Assembly (NCBI RefSeq): GCF_009914755.1
Contig: NC_060937.1
From: the human T2T-CHM13v2.0 reference genome, Homo sapiens
Length of the DNA stretch: 64,000 bases
Strand: one strand, 5' to 3'
Shown: piece after piece, positions 27,061-46,697 of the stretch
Layout: each line of letters opens with the position of its first letter
Position numbering within the stretch: the first letter of the stretch is position 1
Position numbers and translations under genes: made by a program
The notes under the pieces: model-generated
Databases searched by the model: none
The model's input: only the letters and a program-made list of their open reading frames with translations
Told to the model about the DNA's origin: nothing

Positions 27061-29253
27061 AGAAAATAGTCATCTTTACAACAAAATTATTTGACCTTTT
27101 TTTTTGCTTGGTTTTAAAAATTAGCTGTTGGCATTTGATGCAGCATATTGTAATAATGGAGACAGAGAGAAAAACATTTGTAGTATAAGAAAATTCTGTT
27201 CTAATAATTTTTGGAAATTGCTCATGTTCCTTATGCTTAGAAATCATGCAAAAAAGACATTCTTCTTAAGAAACTGTAGACACAAAATATTTATAATTAG
27301 ATACAATTAGAATTACTTTGAAAACATCCCATTAAATTAACAACCTGTGGTTTGGAGGCTTAGAACATTATTAATTTATTAGCATTAAGAAAATTTTTGC
27401 ATCCCTTGGTAAATATCAAAACTCATTATTCTCTAAGGGCATGTCTGCATAACATTTTTTTCTGCAAGCAAAATTTTGTTTTAGTAAAAGTGCAAATGGA
27501 AATATACATAGGTATGCATTTCCTAAGAAGAAAGCTATTAATTTACATGGAGAGTTTTATTCTTTAGTTCCTCAAATTCAATTTCTATCACCAGAATTTT
27601 GATTTAGCAAGTCCTCACGGTTTCAGAAATGGGGACAAAAGGAAGTGAAATGCCTGTGCATCGGAATGTTTATTGTCTCCCCACAGAATCAGATATACTC
27701 TCTAGTTTGAGGTCTGCTGGTTTATTTAATCTCAGCTTAGCAGGTCTGCTGTGAAAACCTAAGATTTCTGGTAATGCTGTAATCACAAGAACTAGTTACT
27801 TGTCATCATCTTTTAAGTAAAATTTGCTGCTTTAAGTTCCAAGAATTCTCAATAATTGATACAGATTAGTTTCCTGACTAGATCGTTTCCTCCGCCAATA
27901 ACTTTAAATCTCTGGAAAATAGGAGAAGTATTAGAATGTGAAGGAAGGATTGTGTGTGTGTGTTTGTGCATATGTATACAAGCATTGATGGTTGGGTGCA
28001 TGACAGTAAGAGAAATAACAGTTACATGCTGTAACCAAATATCCCTGTGTAGTTGTGTAATTTGTACTCAATCTTCAAGGCTCAGTTTTGTTGTCACCTC
28101 CCCTATGAAGTACCTGTCCTTTCTCAAGCAAAACCAGGCTCCACTTGATTTTCTGCTCTCATAGCACTCTGTAAAACCTCTTCAACATGTATCATGACAT
28201 TTTAAAGTTGTCTTTCACTACTGGGTAGCCTAAGCCTCTTGAGGGTATGGATTTACCTTGTCTGCCTGTGGTATCTTGAGTCCCTAGCACAGTATGTGGT
28301 ATGGAACTGGTTCTTCTGATATGGAGGAAATTGCAATTGGAAAGTGCAGGAAAGGGACAAAAGTAAAAAAAAAAATGTGAGTAAGAAAGAAGAAAGGGCG
28401 TATGGGGTAATATTATAAATCTTGATAATGTCTTTGGACATCTTATTCATTTAGAATTTGTTGCCATGGCTCTTTTTTATCCCATTCATTTTTTTCCCAT
28501 TACTCTCATTTACTTCTCATCTTACCATACTGAACTTAAGGTCTTAAAATTGATGACATAGCATTCATGTCTTGCTTCCCTTATGATGATATGGTTATTA
28601 GTATTCTTCTTAATGTTGATAGAATTGTTTAAAGTATAAGTACAATAATAATTCTCTGCTTTAGTCCTCTATTCAATAGTAAAAGTAGATGTGCACTATC
28701 CTAATATGGACATAGATATAAGAAAGAATAATTCCTCTTAAGAGGGCAGTGAAAACTGACATTTGCTGTGCATCTATTATATCCCAGGCACAGTGTTAGA
28801 AACATGTACTTAGATTATTTTGTGTGATCCATTTAGCAACTGCTGAGGTAGTTATATTCCACCAGGAGAAAGCAATATTAGAGAGGTTTTAGAAATGGCC
28901 TAATGCCCTGCAGCTGCTGGAAAAAAGGAGTAAAAATTTAAATACAGAACTGTCTTACCAAATTCTTGTGTCTTGCACCCTCAGTAGCCTGAACAGAATT
29001 TATTTTAAGTGGTAGAGTGGCCTTTATGGAGACACCCTTATATTTGAACATATCAGAAAGGCTAAACCTGCTGTGGGGAGGATCTTGTCTGACTCATGTA
29101 TTTTGTTTTGTGATACTTTGAATATTTTAACACCTTATCATTTTCATACCAGCTATCACTCTACACCCAAGGATAATCCTCAAGTCCTTGGCCAATGAAT
29201 GTCTTCCATATCTAAAGTTACCCCATTTCTACTCTCAGAATATTATTGTCTTA

Positions 29254-35636
<6,383 letters not shown>

Positions 35637-37661
35637 ATATTGTTGCCTTATTTAATAAACTGTATTAATATGCTTATGTTTGAACATTCCATCTTGAAAG
35701 TAATTTGTATTAATATGCATGATTTTCCTACATATAAGGATTTAGCTTATGTGTAGTCATCTATTTTCATATGTTATTGATCATTTCAGTCTAACCTTTG
35801 AAATTAAACTTAACGCTCTAAACAGGAATACTTTCTGTTTCCTGCAGGAATTAATTTGCATTTTTGTCTCTGTATCTTTGCTTACTCTTTTTTCTCTAAT
35901 ATCTTTAAATCCTGATCTATCTGTCCATTTTCATAATACTCTCCATCTTTCAAGGACCCGCCTGCATGTACCCATTCCTCTGCATTGAATAAACATTGGA
36001 AAAGAAGATGCTGAGGCTTGGTAGGGATCTCAATTTTTAAGTTACAGGAGAGAAAGACATATTTACATGGCAAACAGCAGTGATGGTTTGAAGCTTGGTG
36101 TCCAAAGAACATGTGAAGATCAAGTATGTTTTAGATGGTGTAAGAAGTCCCACTCAGACTTTTGGTTAACTTTCATCCTTGAAGTCTAGTGGTATTGCAA
36201 CGGATTTGAGAAATTTTTGAATAGGGCAAGCCCACTTGCCAAAGGGATGGAAATAAAAAGATACGCCTTAGCCCTCTGTAAGAATGGTTGCTAAGAATTA
36301 GCTGGCTTGGCGGGAGGGGCCAAGATGGCCGAATAGAAACAGCTTTGGTTGGCAGCTCCCAGTGAGACGAACGCAGAAGGCAGGTGATTTCTGCACTTCC
36401 AGTTCTTCTCATTGGGACTGGTTAGGCAGTGGGCACAACCCACAGAGAGTGAACAGAGGCAGGGTAGGGCGTCACTTCACGTGGGAAGTGCATAGACCCA
36501 GGGGACCTCCCTCCCCAGCCAAGGGAAGCTGTAAGGGACGGTGCTACCTGCCAGGGGTACTATGCTTTTCCCACGGATTTTTTCAATCCGCAGATCAGGA
36601 GATTCCCTCTTGAGCCTACAACACCAGGGCCCCGGGTTTCAAGCATAAAACTGGGCGGTTGTTGGGGCAGGCACAGGGCTGCCCGAGTTTTTTCATACTC
36701 CAGTGGTGCCTGGAACTCCAGTGGTGCCTGGAACTCCAGTGAGACAGGAGAACTGTACACTCCCCTGGAAAGACAGCTGAAGCCAGGGAGCCAAGTGATC
36801 TCACTCAGCGATTCCCAGTCCCCCGGAGCCCAGTAAGCTAAGAACCATTGGCTTGAAATTCCCACTGCCAGCACAGCAGTCTGGAGTCCACCTGGGACCA
36901 CGGAGTTTGGTTGGGAGAGGGGCAACCGCCATTACTGAGGCTTGAGTAGGCGTTTTTCTCCTGACAGTGCTAAGGAGACTGGGAGATTCGGACTGGGTGG
37001 ATTTCACCACAGCACAGCAAAGTGGCTGTGGTCAGACTGCTTCTCTAGATTTCTCCTCACTGGGCAAGGCATCTGCAGGAAATCCAGCAGCTCTAGTCAG
37101 GGGCTTACAGACAGAACTGTCACCTCCCTGGGATAGAGCACTTGGGGTGGGGGGAGGGGCAGCTGTGGTCTCAGGTTCAGGGTACTTAATCTTTCCTGCC
37201 TGCCAGCTCTGAAGAGAGTGGCTGATCCTGACAAGGGAGATATTTTCCCAAGGCAGCACACCAGCTCTCCTAAGGGACAGACTGCCTCCTCAAGTGGGTC
37301 CCTGACCCTGTGCCTCCTGACTGGGAGAGGCTTCCCAGCAGGGGTCGACAGACAGCTCATACAGGAGACCCGCGGGCATCAGGCCAGTGCCCCTCTGGGA
37401 TGAAGCTTCCAGAGGAAGGATCAGGCAGCAATCTTTGCTGTTCTGCAGCCTCCACTGGTGATACCCAGGCAAACAGGGTCTGGGGTGAAATTTCAGCAAA
37501 CTGCAGCAGACTTGGAGAAAAGGGGCCTGACTGTTAGAAGAAAAACTAACAAACAGAAAGCAAAAACAACAACAACAACAAAGATCCCTTCCCCCCATAA
37601 AAAAAAAAATCCATCCAAAGTTCATCAGCCCCAAAGATCAAAGGTAGATAAATCCAGGAAG

Positions 37662-38650
37662 ATGAGGAAAAAACAATGCAAAAATGTTGAAAATTCCAAA
37701 AGCCAGAATGCCTCCTCTCCTCCAAATGATCTCAACACCTCTCCAGCAAGGGCGCAGAACTGGTTGGAGGATGAGATGGATGAATTGACAGGAGTAGGCT
37801 TCAGAAGGTGGGTAATAAAAAACTCCACTAAGCTAAAGGAGCATGTTCTAACCCAATGCAAAGAAGCTAAGAACCTTGATAAAATGTTACAGGAGTTGCT
37901 AACTAGAATCACCAGTTTAGAGAGGAACATAAGTGACTTGATGGAGCTGAAAAACATAGCACAAGAACTTCGTGAACCATAAACAAGTATCAACAGCCAA
38001 ATCGATCAAATAGAAGAAAGGATATCAGAGATTGAAGATCAACTTACTGAAATAAGGCATTAGACAAGATTAGAGAAAAAAGAGTGAAAAGGAATGAACA
38101 AAACCTCTGAGAAATATGGAACTATGTACAAAGACTGAACTTGGAGATGGTAGAAGGGAACCAAGGTGGAAAACACACTTCAGGATATTATCCAGGAGAA
38201 CTTCCCCAATATAGCGAGACAGGCCAACATTCGAATTCAGGAAATACAGAGAACATCACAAAGATACTCCATGAGAAGATCAACTCCAAGACACATAATC
38301 ATCAGATTCTCCAAGGACGAAATGAAAGAAACAATGTTAAGGGCAGCCAGAGAGAAAGGCCAGGTCACCTATGGGAAACCCATCAGACTAACAGTGGATC
38401 TCTCTGCAGAAGCCCTAACAAGCCAGAAGAGAGTGGGGGCCAATATTCAATATTCTTAAAAAGAAGAATTTTCAACCCAGAATTTCATATCCAGCCAAAT
38501 TAAGCTTCATAAGTGAAGGAGAAATAAAATCATTCCCAGACAAGCAAATGCTGAGGGATTTTTGTCACCACCAGCCCTGCTTTGCAAAAGCTCCTGAAGG
38601 AAGCAGTAAATATGGAAGGGAAAAACTGGCACCAGCCATTGCAAAAACAC
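37662..38650 (+). pseudogene. Disrupted L1 ORF1p (RNA-binding/chaperone)
   Basis: MRKKQCKNVENSKSQNASSPP...ENTLQDIIQENFPNIARQANIRIQEIQRT...PRHIIIRFSK, broken by stops and frameshifts. Confidence 0.9.
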
Positions 38651-38708
38651 AATGACACTATGAAGAAACTGCATCAACTAGTGTGCAAAATAACCAGCTA
38701 GCATTATG

Positions 38709-41700
38709 ATGACAGGATCAAATTGATACATAACAATATTAACCTTAAATGTAAATGGGCTAAATGCCCCAATGAAAAGACACAAACTAGCAAACTGGGT
38801 AAAGAATCAAGACCCATTGGTGTGTTGTATTCAGGAGACCCGTCTCGCATGCAAAGACACACATAGGCTCAAAATAAAGAAATGGAGGAAAATTTACCAA
38901 GCAAATTGAGGGGGAATAAAAAAGCAGAGGTTGCAATCCTAGTCTCTGACAAAACAGACTTTAAACCAACAAAGATCAAAAAAGACAAAGAAGGCCATTA
39001 CATAATGGTGCAGGGATCAATTCAACAAGAAGAGCTAACTATCTTAAATATATATGCACCCAATACAGGAGCACCCAGATTCATAAAACAAGTTCTTAGA
39101 GACCTACAAAGAGACTTAGACTCCCACACAATAGTAATGGGAGACTTTAACACCTCACTGTCAATATTAGACCAACAAGACAGAAAATTAACAAGGATAT
39201 TCAGGACTTGAACTCAGCTCTGGATCAAGTGGACCTAATAGACATCTACAGAACTCTTCACACAAAATCAAGAGAATATACATTCTTTTCAGCTCCACAT
39301 CACACTTATTCTAAAATCAACCACATAATTGGAAGTAAAACACTCCTCAGTAAATGCGAAAGAACTGAAATCATAACAGTCTCTCAGACCACAGTGCACT
39401 CAAATTAGAACTCAGGATTAAGAAACTCACTCAAAACTGCACAACTACATGGAAATTGAACAACCTGCTCCTGAATGACTCCTGAGTAAACAGTGAAATT
39501 AAGGCAGAAATCAAGAAGTTCTCTGAAACCAATGAGAACAAAGAGACAACATACTAGAATCTCTGGGACACAGTTAAAGGAGTGTTAAGAGGGAAATTTA
39601 TAGCACTAAATGTCCACATCAGAAAGCTACAAAGATTTCAATTTGACACCCTAACATCAGAATTAAAATAACTAGAGAAGCAAGAGCAAACAAATCCAAA
39701 AACTAGCAGAAGACAAGAAATAACTAAGATCAGAGCAGAACTGAAGAAGGCAGAGGCATGAAGAACCGTCCAAAAATGCAATGAATCCAGGAGCTGATTT
39801 TTTGAAAAAATTAACAAATAGATAGACCACAAGCTAGACTAATAAAGAAAAAAGAGAAAAGAATCAACTAGACACAATAAAAAATGATAAAGGGGATATC
39901 ACCACGGACCCCACAGAAGTACAAACTACCATCAGAAAATACTATAAATACCTCTCCACAAATAAACTAGAAAGTCTAGAAGAAATGGATAAATTCCTGG
40001 ACACATATATACTACCAAGACTAAACCAGGAAGAAGTTGAATCCCTGAATAGATCAATAATTTCTGAAATTGAGGCAGTAATTAATAGTGTACCAACCAA
40101 ATAAAGTCCAGGACCAGATGGATTCATAGCCAAATTCTATCGGAGGTACAAAAAGGAGCTGGTACCATTCCTTCTGAAACTCTTCCAAACAATTGAAAAG
40201 GAGGGATTCCTCCCTTACTCATTTTATGAAGCCAGCAGCATCCTGATACCAAAACCTGGCAGAAACACAACAAAAAAAAGAAAACTTCAGGCCAATATCC
40301 TTGATGAACATTGAAGCGAATATCCTCAATAAAATACTGGCAAACTGCATCCAGCAGCACATCAAAAAACTTATCCACCACAATGAAGTCAGCTTCAGCC
40401 CTAGCACGCAAGGCTGGTTCAACATATGCAAATCAATTAACATAACCAATCACATAAACAGAACCAAAGACAAAAACCACATGATTATCTCAATAGATGC
40501 AGAAAAGGCCTTTGATAAAATTCAACATCCCTTCATGTTAAAAACTCTCAATAAATTAGGTATTGATGGAACATATCTCAAAATAATAAGAGCTATATTA
40601 TGACAAACCCATAGCCAATATCATATTGAATAGGCAAAAGCTGAACACATTCCCTTTGAAAACCGGCACAAGACAAGGATGCCTTCTCTCACCACTCCTA
40701 TTCAACATAGTATTGGAAGTTCTGGCCAGGGCAATCAGGCAAGAGAAAGAAATAAAGCATATTCAAATAGGAAGTGAGGAAGTCAAATTGTCTCTGTTTG
40801 CAGACTACATGATTCTATATTTAGAAAATCCCATCCCCTCAGCCCCAAAGCTACTTAAGGTGACAAGCAACTTCAGCAAAGTCTCAGGATACAAAATCAA
40901 TGTGCAAAAATCACAAGCATTCCTTTACACCAACAATAGACAAACAGAGAGCCAAATTATGAATGAACTCTCATTCACAATCACTACAAAAAGGATAAAA
41001 TACCTAGGAATATAGCTAACAAGGGATGTGAAGGACCTCTTCAAGGAGAACTACAAATAACTGCTCAAGGAAATAAGAGAGGATACAAACAAATGGAAAA
41101 ACATTCCATGCTCATGAATAGGGAGAATCAATATTGTGAAAATGGCCGTACTGCCCAAAGTAATTTATAGATTCAATACTATTCCTATCAAATTACCATT
41201 GACATTCTTCACAGAATTAGAAAAAACTACTTTAAATCTCATATGGAGTCAAGTAAGACCCTGTATAGCCAAAACAATCCTAAGCAAAAAGAACAAAGCT
41301 GGAGGCATCATGCTACCTGCCTTCAAACTATACTGCAAGGCTACAGTCACCAAACTGCATGGCACTGGTACCAAAACAGACACATAGACCAATGGAACAG
41401 AACACAGGCCTCAGAAATAACGCCACATATCTACAACCATCTGATCCTTGACAAATCTGACAAAAACGAGCAATGGGGAAATGATCTCCTATTGAATAAA
41501 TGGTGCTGGGAAAACCAGCTAGCCATATGCAGAAAACTGAAATTGGACCCCTTCCTTACACCTTATACAAAAATTAACTCAAGATGAATTAAAGCCTTAA
41601 ATGTAAAGAAGAAAACCTAGGCAATACCATTCAGGACATAGGCATGGGCAAAGACTTCATGACAAAAACACCAAAAGCAATTGCAACAAAAGTCAAAATT

Positions 41701-42517
41701 GAAAAATGGGGTCTAATTAAACTAAAGAGCTTCCATACAGCAAAAGAAAGTATCATCAGAGTGAACAGGCAACCTACAGAAGGGGAGAAAATTTCTGCAA
41801 TCTACCCATCTGGCAAAGGGCTAATATCTAGAATTTACAATGAACTTTAACAAATTTACAAGAAAAAACAAGCAACCCCATCAAAAAGTGGGCAAATAAT
41901 ATGAACAGACACTTCTAAAAAGAAGATTTATGTGGCCAACAAATATATTTACACAGCCAACAAACATATGAAAAAAAGCTCAACATCACTGATTATTAGA
42001 AAAATGCAAGTCAAAACCACAATGAGATACCATTTCACACGAGTCAGAATGGCGATTATTAAAAAGTCAAGAAACAACCATTGCTTGTGAGGCTGTGGAG
42101 AAATTGGAATGCTTTTACACAGTTGCTGGGAATGTAAATTAGTTCAACCATTGTGGATGACAGTATGGCTATTCCTCAATGATCCAGAACCAGACTATTT
42201 GACCCAACAATCCCATTACTGGGTATATACCCAAAGGATTATAAATTATTCTACTATAAAGACACATGCACACATATGTTTATTGCAGCAGTATTTACAA
42301 TAGCAAAGTCATGGAACCAACCCAAATGCCCATCAGTGACAGACTGGATAAAGAAAATGTGGTACATATACACCATGGACTTCTATGCAGTGATAAAAAG
42401 AAATGAGATCATGTCATTTGCAGGGCATGGATAAACCTGGAAGCCATCATCCTCAGCAAACTAACACAGGAACAGAAAACCAAACACCACATGTTCTCAC
42501 TCATAAGTGGGAGTTGA
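38709..42517 (+). pseudogene. Disrupted L1 ORF2p (APE endonuclease + reverse transcriptase)
   Basis: ATGACAGGATCA start. EN motifs [17 protein letters not shown] and GDFNT; RT motifs [16 protein letters not shown] and [16 protein letters not shown]. The catalytic FADD is mutated to FADY, with many stops and frameshifts. Confidence 0.92.
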
Positions 42518-43519
42518 ACAGTGAGAACAGATGGACACAGGGAGGGGAACATCACACACGGAGGCCTGTCAAGGGGTGGGGGAAAAAGGGAGGGAGAGCA
42601 TTAGGACAAACACCTAATGCATGTGTGGCTTAAAACCTAGATGAAGGGTTGATGGGTGCAGCAAACCACCATGGCACCTGTATACCTGTGTAACAAACCT
42701 GCATGTTCTGCACATGTATCCCAGAACTTAAAGTAAAATAAATAAACACGTAAGTGTAAAATAAATAAACACATAAGTTTAAAAAAAATTCACTGGCTTT
42801 CAGTTCATAATTAACAGCTGGGTTTTAAGGTGCAATTCCAGGCCTGTAAAGGAACTGAACTGCAAGCAAAAGTAACTACACAAATGACAGAGGAAGAAAC
42901 AAGGTAGAAGTCTAGTCCCAGGTACAGGGATGACAAAAATATCAATAGAGAGTGCTGTAATTGTGAGATCACTTCAGCTCTGCACCTCACAGCCTACCTC
43001 TGATTTGTGTCTTAATTGGTTAATTAAGTCAGGAATCCAATCAGCATTCATTGAGTACCTTTCATATATCAGGAACTAACCCAGAGTAAAATGAATAAAA
43101 CACAGTGGTTTAGGGTAGAGAAGAAAGGTAAATATTAGGGATTTATATTGAATAATATTAGATTATAGTTCAGGAAAAAAGAAATAAAAGATAAGCAGGA
43201 TATTTGAACCCCATTTAAGCTATGCAGACTTGAAGGATGGATCCCTGATTTTAAATAAACAGTACTGGATTGATTACTTATTTCTTCCTTCCTCCCTTCA
43301 TTGCTTGCCTTTAAAACGTTATCTATCTCGCTTCCATACCCAATTTACTGTTTTGAGATTGGATTCTGAGTGGGGATATTGAGTGGACCACAGAATTAAA
43401 ATTAAGGGAAAACTAAACTGTGGGGTGTTATTTGGGAACCTCTCTGCACACTGGCACTTATTATTGGCATATGTCCATGCCCCCTTTGGTTTTAGATGGC
43501 CTTTGGAGTCAACATGAGC

Positions 43520-43800
43520 TGACTATGCACGATCATGCTCCTGCTTAACTCCAGCCTCAGTTCCAAACACTTGCCCTCCTGCTTTGACTCCAGCTTAAAA
43601 ACAGGCCAAACATGTTCCCATTAAGGCCTTTGAACTTACTATTTATCTTGTGTGCATATGTGAATATGTCCACACAATTTATTCTCTTATTTTGTTCAAG
43701 ATGCTGCTTCATGAGGGCAGGGGCTTTGTTTTGTTTACTGCTGTGTTCTCAGGGCCTATAACTGTGCTCATAGTAGGTGCTCAATACATAGTGAATGAAT
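43520..43800 (+). mobile_element. L2 3' fragment
   Basis: CATGAGGGCAGGGGCTTTGTTTTGTTTACTGCTGTG...ATAGTAGGTGCTCAATACATAGTGAATGAAT. Confidence 0.7.
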
Positions 43801-44432
43801 ATATTGCATGACTCAACATTTAGATCTAGGATGCCACTATTTACCAAGACCTACCCAGTGGCGAGCCCAGCTGTCTGTCGTTTTACCTGTTTATCTTAGG
43901 AAACATAATAGGCTGGAGTGTACTTGGTGGAGCTATTAATGGACACATCTGAGTAGTGGAGGGAGGCAGAGGCATGAGAAACAAGTAGGGAGTGGCATAT
44001 TGCATCATCTGGGATGTTATACACACATGTTGGATCTTTACATTGCTAGATGATAAGCCCCTTTAAGGTGCTTGGGTCACACTTAAGGAAGCTTAATAGC
44101 AACTTGCCTAAAGTTGTCCATATATTGATATTCAATGACTTTTATTAAATTAATGAATAACTTGATATTGACCTTATAAAGCTACATAGTTGAGAATTAC
44201 TTAAAATAAGAATATCTATAATGACTTCATTAAAATTACTATTTAGGTTCAGATTTATAAGAAAGTGAACTATTATTATACCATTTCAAAAATTAGGAAA
44301 TCTTAGTGTTAACTTGAAACATAAGCCAACATAATATTCAATCAGATAAATGATTGATTTGTCTAACTATCATAAGACTGTGAGAATTAAATGAGTTTAC
44401 ACATGATATGCATTTAAAACATCTGGGCATGG

Positions 44433-44764
44433 GGCTGGGTGCGGTGGCTCAAGCTTGTAATCCCAGCACTTTGGGAAACTGAGGCAGGCAGATCACGAGA
44501 TCAGGAGTTCAAGACCAGCCTGGCCAAGATGGTGAAACACTGTCTCTACTAAAAATACAGAAATTAGCTGGGCATGGTGGTGGGCGCCTGTAATCCCAGC
44601 TACTTAGGAGGCTGAGGCAGAGAATTGCTTGAACCTGGGAGGCGGAGGTTTCAGTGAGCTGAGATTGCCTCACTGCAGTCCAGCCTGGGTGACAGAGTGA
44701 GACTCCGTCTCAAAAAAGCAAAACAAAACAACAAAACAACAGAAAAACAAAAAAACACAACAAC
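44433..44764 (+). mobile_element. AluS (AluSg/Sx3-like) with degenerate (CAAAA)n tail, inside a MIR remnant
   Basis: Full dimer. GATCACGAGATCAGGAGTTC (2-nt deletion type) and CCAAGATGGTG. Confidence 0.9.
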
Positions 44765-45069
44765 ATAATAAGATTCCACTGTTGAGTAGCAATTATTATT
44801 ATTAGTGGTACAAATAGTAGTAGTAGTTCTATACTACGATCTCTATCTCCCTCTTTCTCTTTCTTCGTGTCATCCTCTCAAATAGAGAGCAAATCTTTTA
44901 CAGCAGGAACCATGTAATATATTTCTATGCACAAGGAAGAGACACAATACAAATATACTGAATAAATAAATAATTCAATTTGAAGATTTCTATCTACAGA
45001 AAACAAAAAATAATTATGTTGTTTTTGGAATGATACTGTTACTACTATTTGCAGAGAGGGATGGAGAGG

Positions 45070-45300
45070 GGAGGAAAAGTGTAGTTTTATGGTGAGGACC
45101 CTGGACTTTATCATATGATAGTGCTGGACTTCACTGCTAGTTACTAGCTACGTTTGCGTGGAAAAGTTAATTTAATCTAAGATTTAGCTTCTTTTTCTGT
45201 AAAGTAGGAATAACAACAGCTACCTCTCAGAATTGTCTTGAGGACTAAGTGAGAAATGTACAACATGTTACTTGCACATTGTTTTGCCAATTCTAGAAAT
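45070..45300 (+). mobile_element. MIR
   Basis: TTACTAGCTACG...TCTGTAAAGTAGGAATAACAACAGCTACCTCTCAGAATTGTCTTGAGGACTAAGTGAGA. Confidence 0.7.
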
Positions 45301-46697
45301 TATTGTAATCACTCAGGAATCCATAGTGGTGTCTTATAAGAGGTACAGAAATTTAACAACCTTAACATATGACATATCTCTTTCTTCCTATTATATTTTA
45401 TAAAGTTAAGGACATTGACAATAAAATAGGGTAAGTCAGTAAACATTTCTTCTTCATTCATTTGGAAATGCATTATGCTCTGTTTTGGGACCACTTCTGA
45501 ATTCTTGTCTTGTATTATTCTGAAGAATTTCACTTGTTTGGCTTGTAACAAATTAGGTTAGGAGTCTGTAAGAGACTGTTTGTCTGATTGTGTTATAGTC
45601 CCAGCTGTGTCAGGGACTATTCCTTATGTTGAGCATCATGGTATTGTAAAAGTATGTCTGATTCAACTATAGGCTTCAAGTTCTAAATTTGTGTCCCAGT
45701 TTCCCCATTGCCATTAGCAATAGACCCACAGACTGGTTTCGAATCCTCTGAAAAGCCATTTTCCTAGGTGTGAAATGAACATAATCATCTGAGTGTGCTC
45801 AACAGCTTATTGTGAGCTGAAAATGGGTTAATGCATGAATAAGAGCTTTGGAAGCTGTCAAGTGCAGCACAATATATGACTAATAAATCAACAATGATTT
45901 ATTGATACGAAATGAGTGGCTAATTTCATCAATGCCTAAGGCATTTAGAAAGTTACATTTGTGTTGTATATTCACAATTGCAAGTACCTGAATTAGAATA
46001 GATTAAAAAACATGATTGATTTGGGAAAACTACCTTGGAGATACCTTATGTTCTCTTATGTTAAATTTCACACTTAGATTTCATTTTGTGGTTATTCATC
46101 ACTTTTGGAATTGCTGCTTATTTCATGTTAACATTAAGGAAAAATAACTATTTTGTGGTTTAGGTATAACTCCTACTTGAAGAGTGTGAGAGAATATTTA
46201 CTACTCGGATGTTTGAGACATACCAAAAAATGCTTTTTGATCCTTTATCAAGAAGACGTAATGACCAAGATTGATAAAGAAAAATGCAATGGTTACTTTA
46301 CCTGCAACCATCTCAAAGATGCTCTAATGTCATTTCAGAGTGAGTACTTCAAGTGGTAGGGGTAGAGGAATAAGATGTAATTAAATACTTTTTTTTTACT
46401 CAGAGATTTTAAAGATTATTACATACGCAGTAAAATTGGTAATTTTTCTCTAGCATCTAAATCCATTACTAAAGACCAAATCCTTTGCTTTAACAAAATG
46501 AGAATCAAGACATTGTTGATTGAAAAAAATATAAGGGTAACTGTTAATGGATTTTTAAGGCCTGCATTCTTTTGTATCCTGTGTGTTACTTTAGTTATTA
46601 AATTCCTACTCTAGTTCTCTGTTTTCAGTGAGAGTTCGTATATACTGAATGACTTGTCTAACAGTAAAATACAATTTCTTAAAACATTATTTCAATG

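Larger units (their letters stand above)
36309..42783 (+). mobile_element. Full-length inactive L1PA (about L1PA7/8-like)
   Basis: 5' end GGGAGGGGCCAAGATGGCCGAATAG with YY1 motif, about 1.35-kb 5' UTR, ORF1, ORF2, G-rich 3' UTR and A-rich tail. TSD AAGAATTAGCTGGCTT (36293-36308) / AAAAATTCACTGGCTT (42784-42799). Confidence 0.95.

Noticed and set aside
37458-41850. Multiple ORFs with endonuclease/reverse-transcriptase motifs, suggesting an active or novel RT system
   Set aside because: They are fragments of one ordinary L1PA ORF1/ORF2 broken by stops and frameshifts, and the catalytic FADD motif reads FADY.
42540-42596. G-run cluster able to form a G-quadruplex
   Set aside because: Standard, well-described feature of L1PA 3' UTRs.
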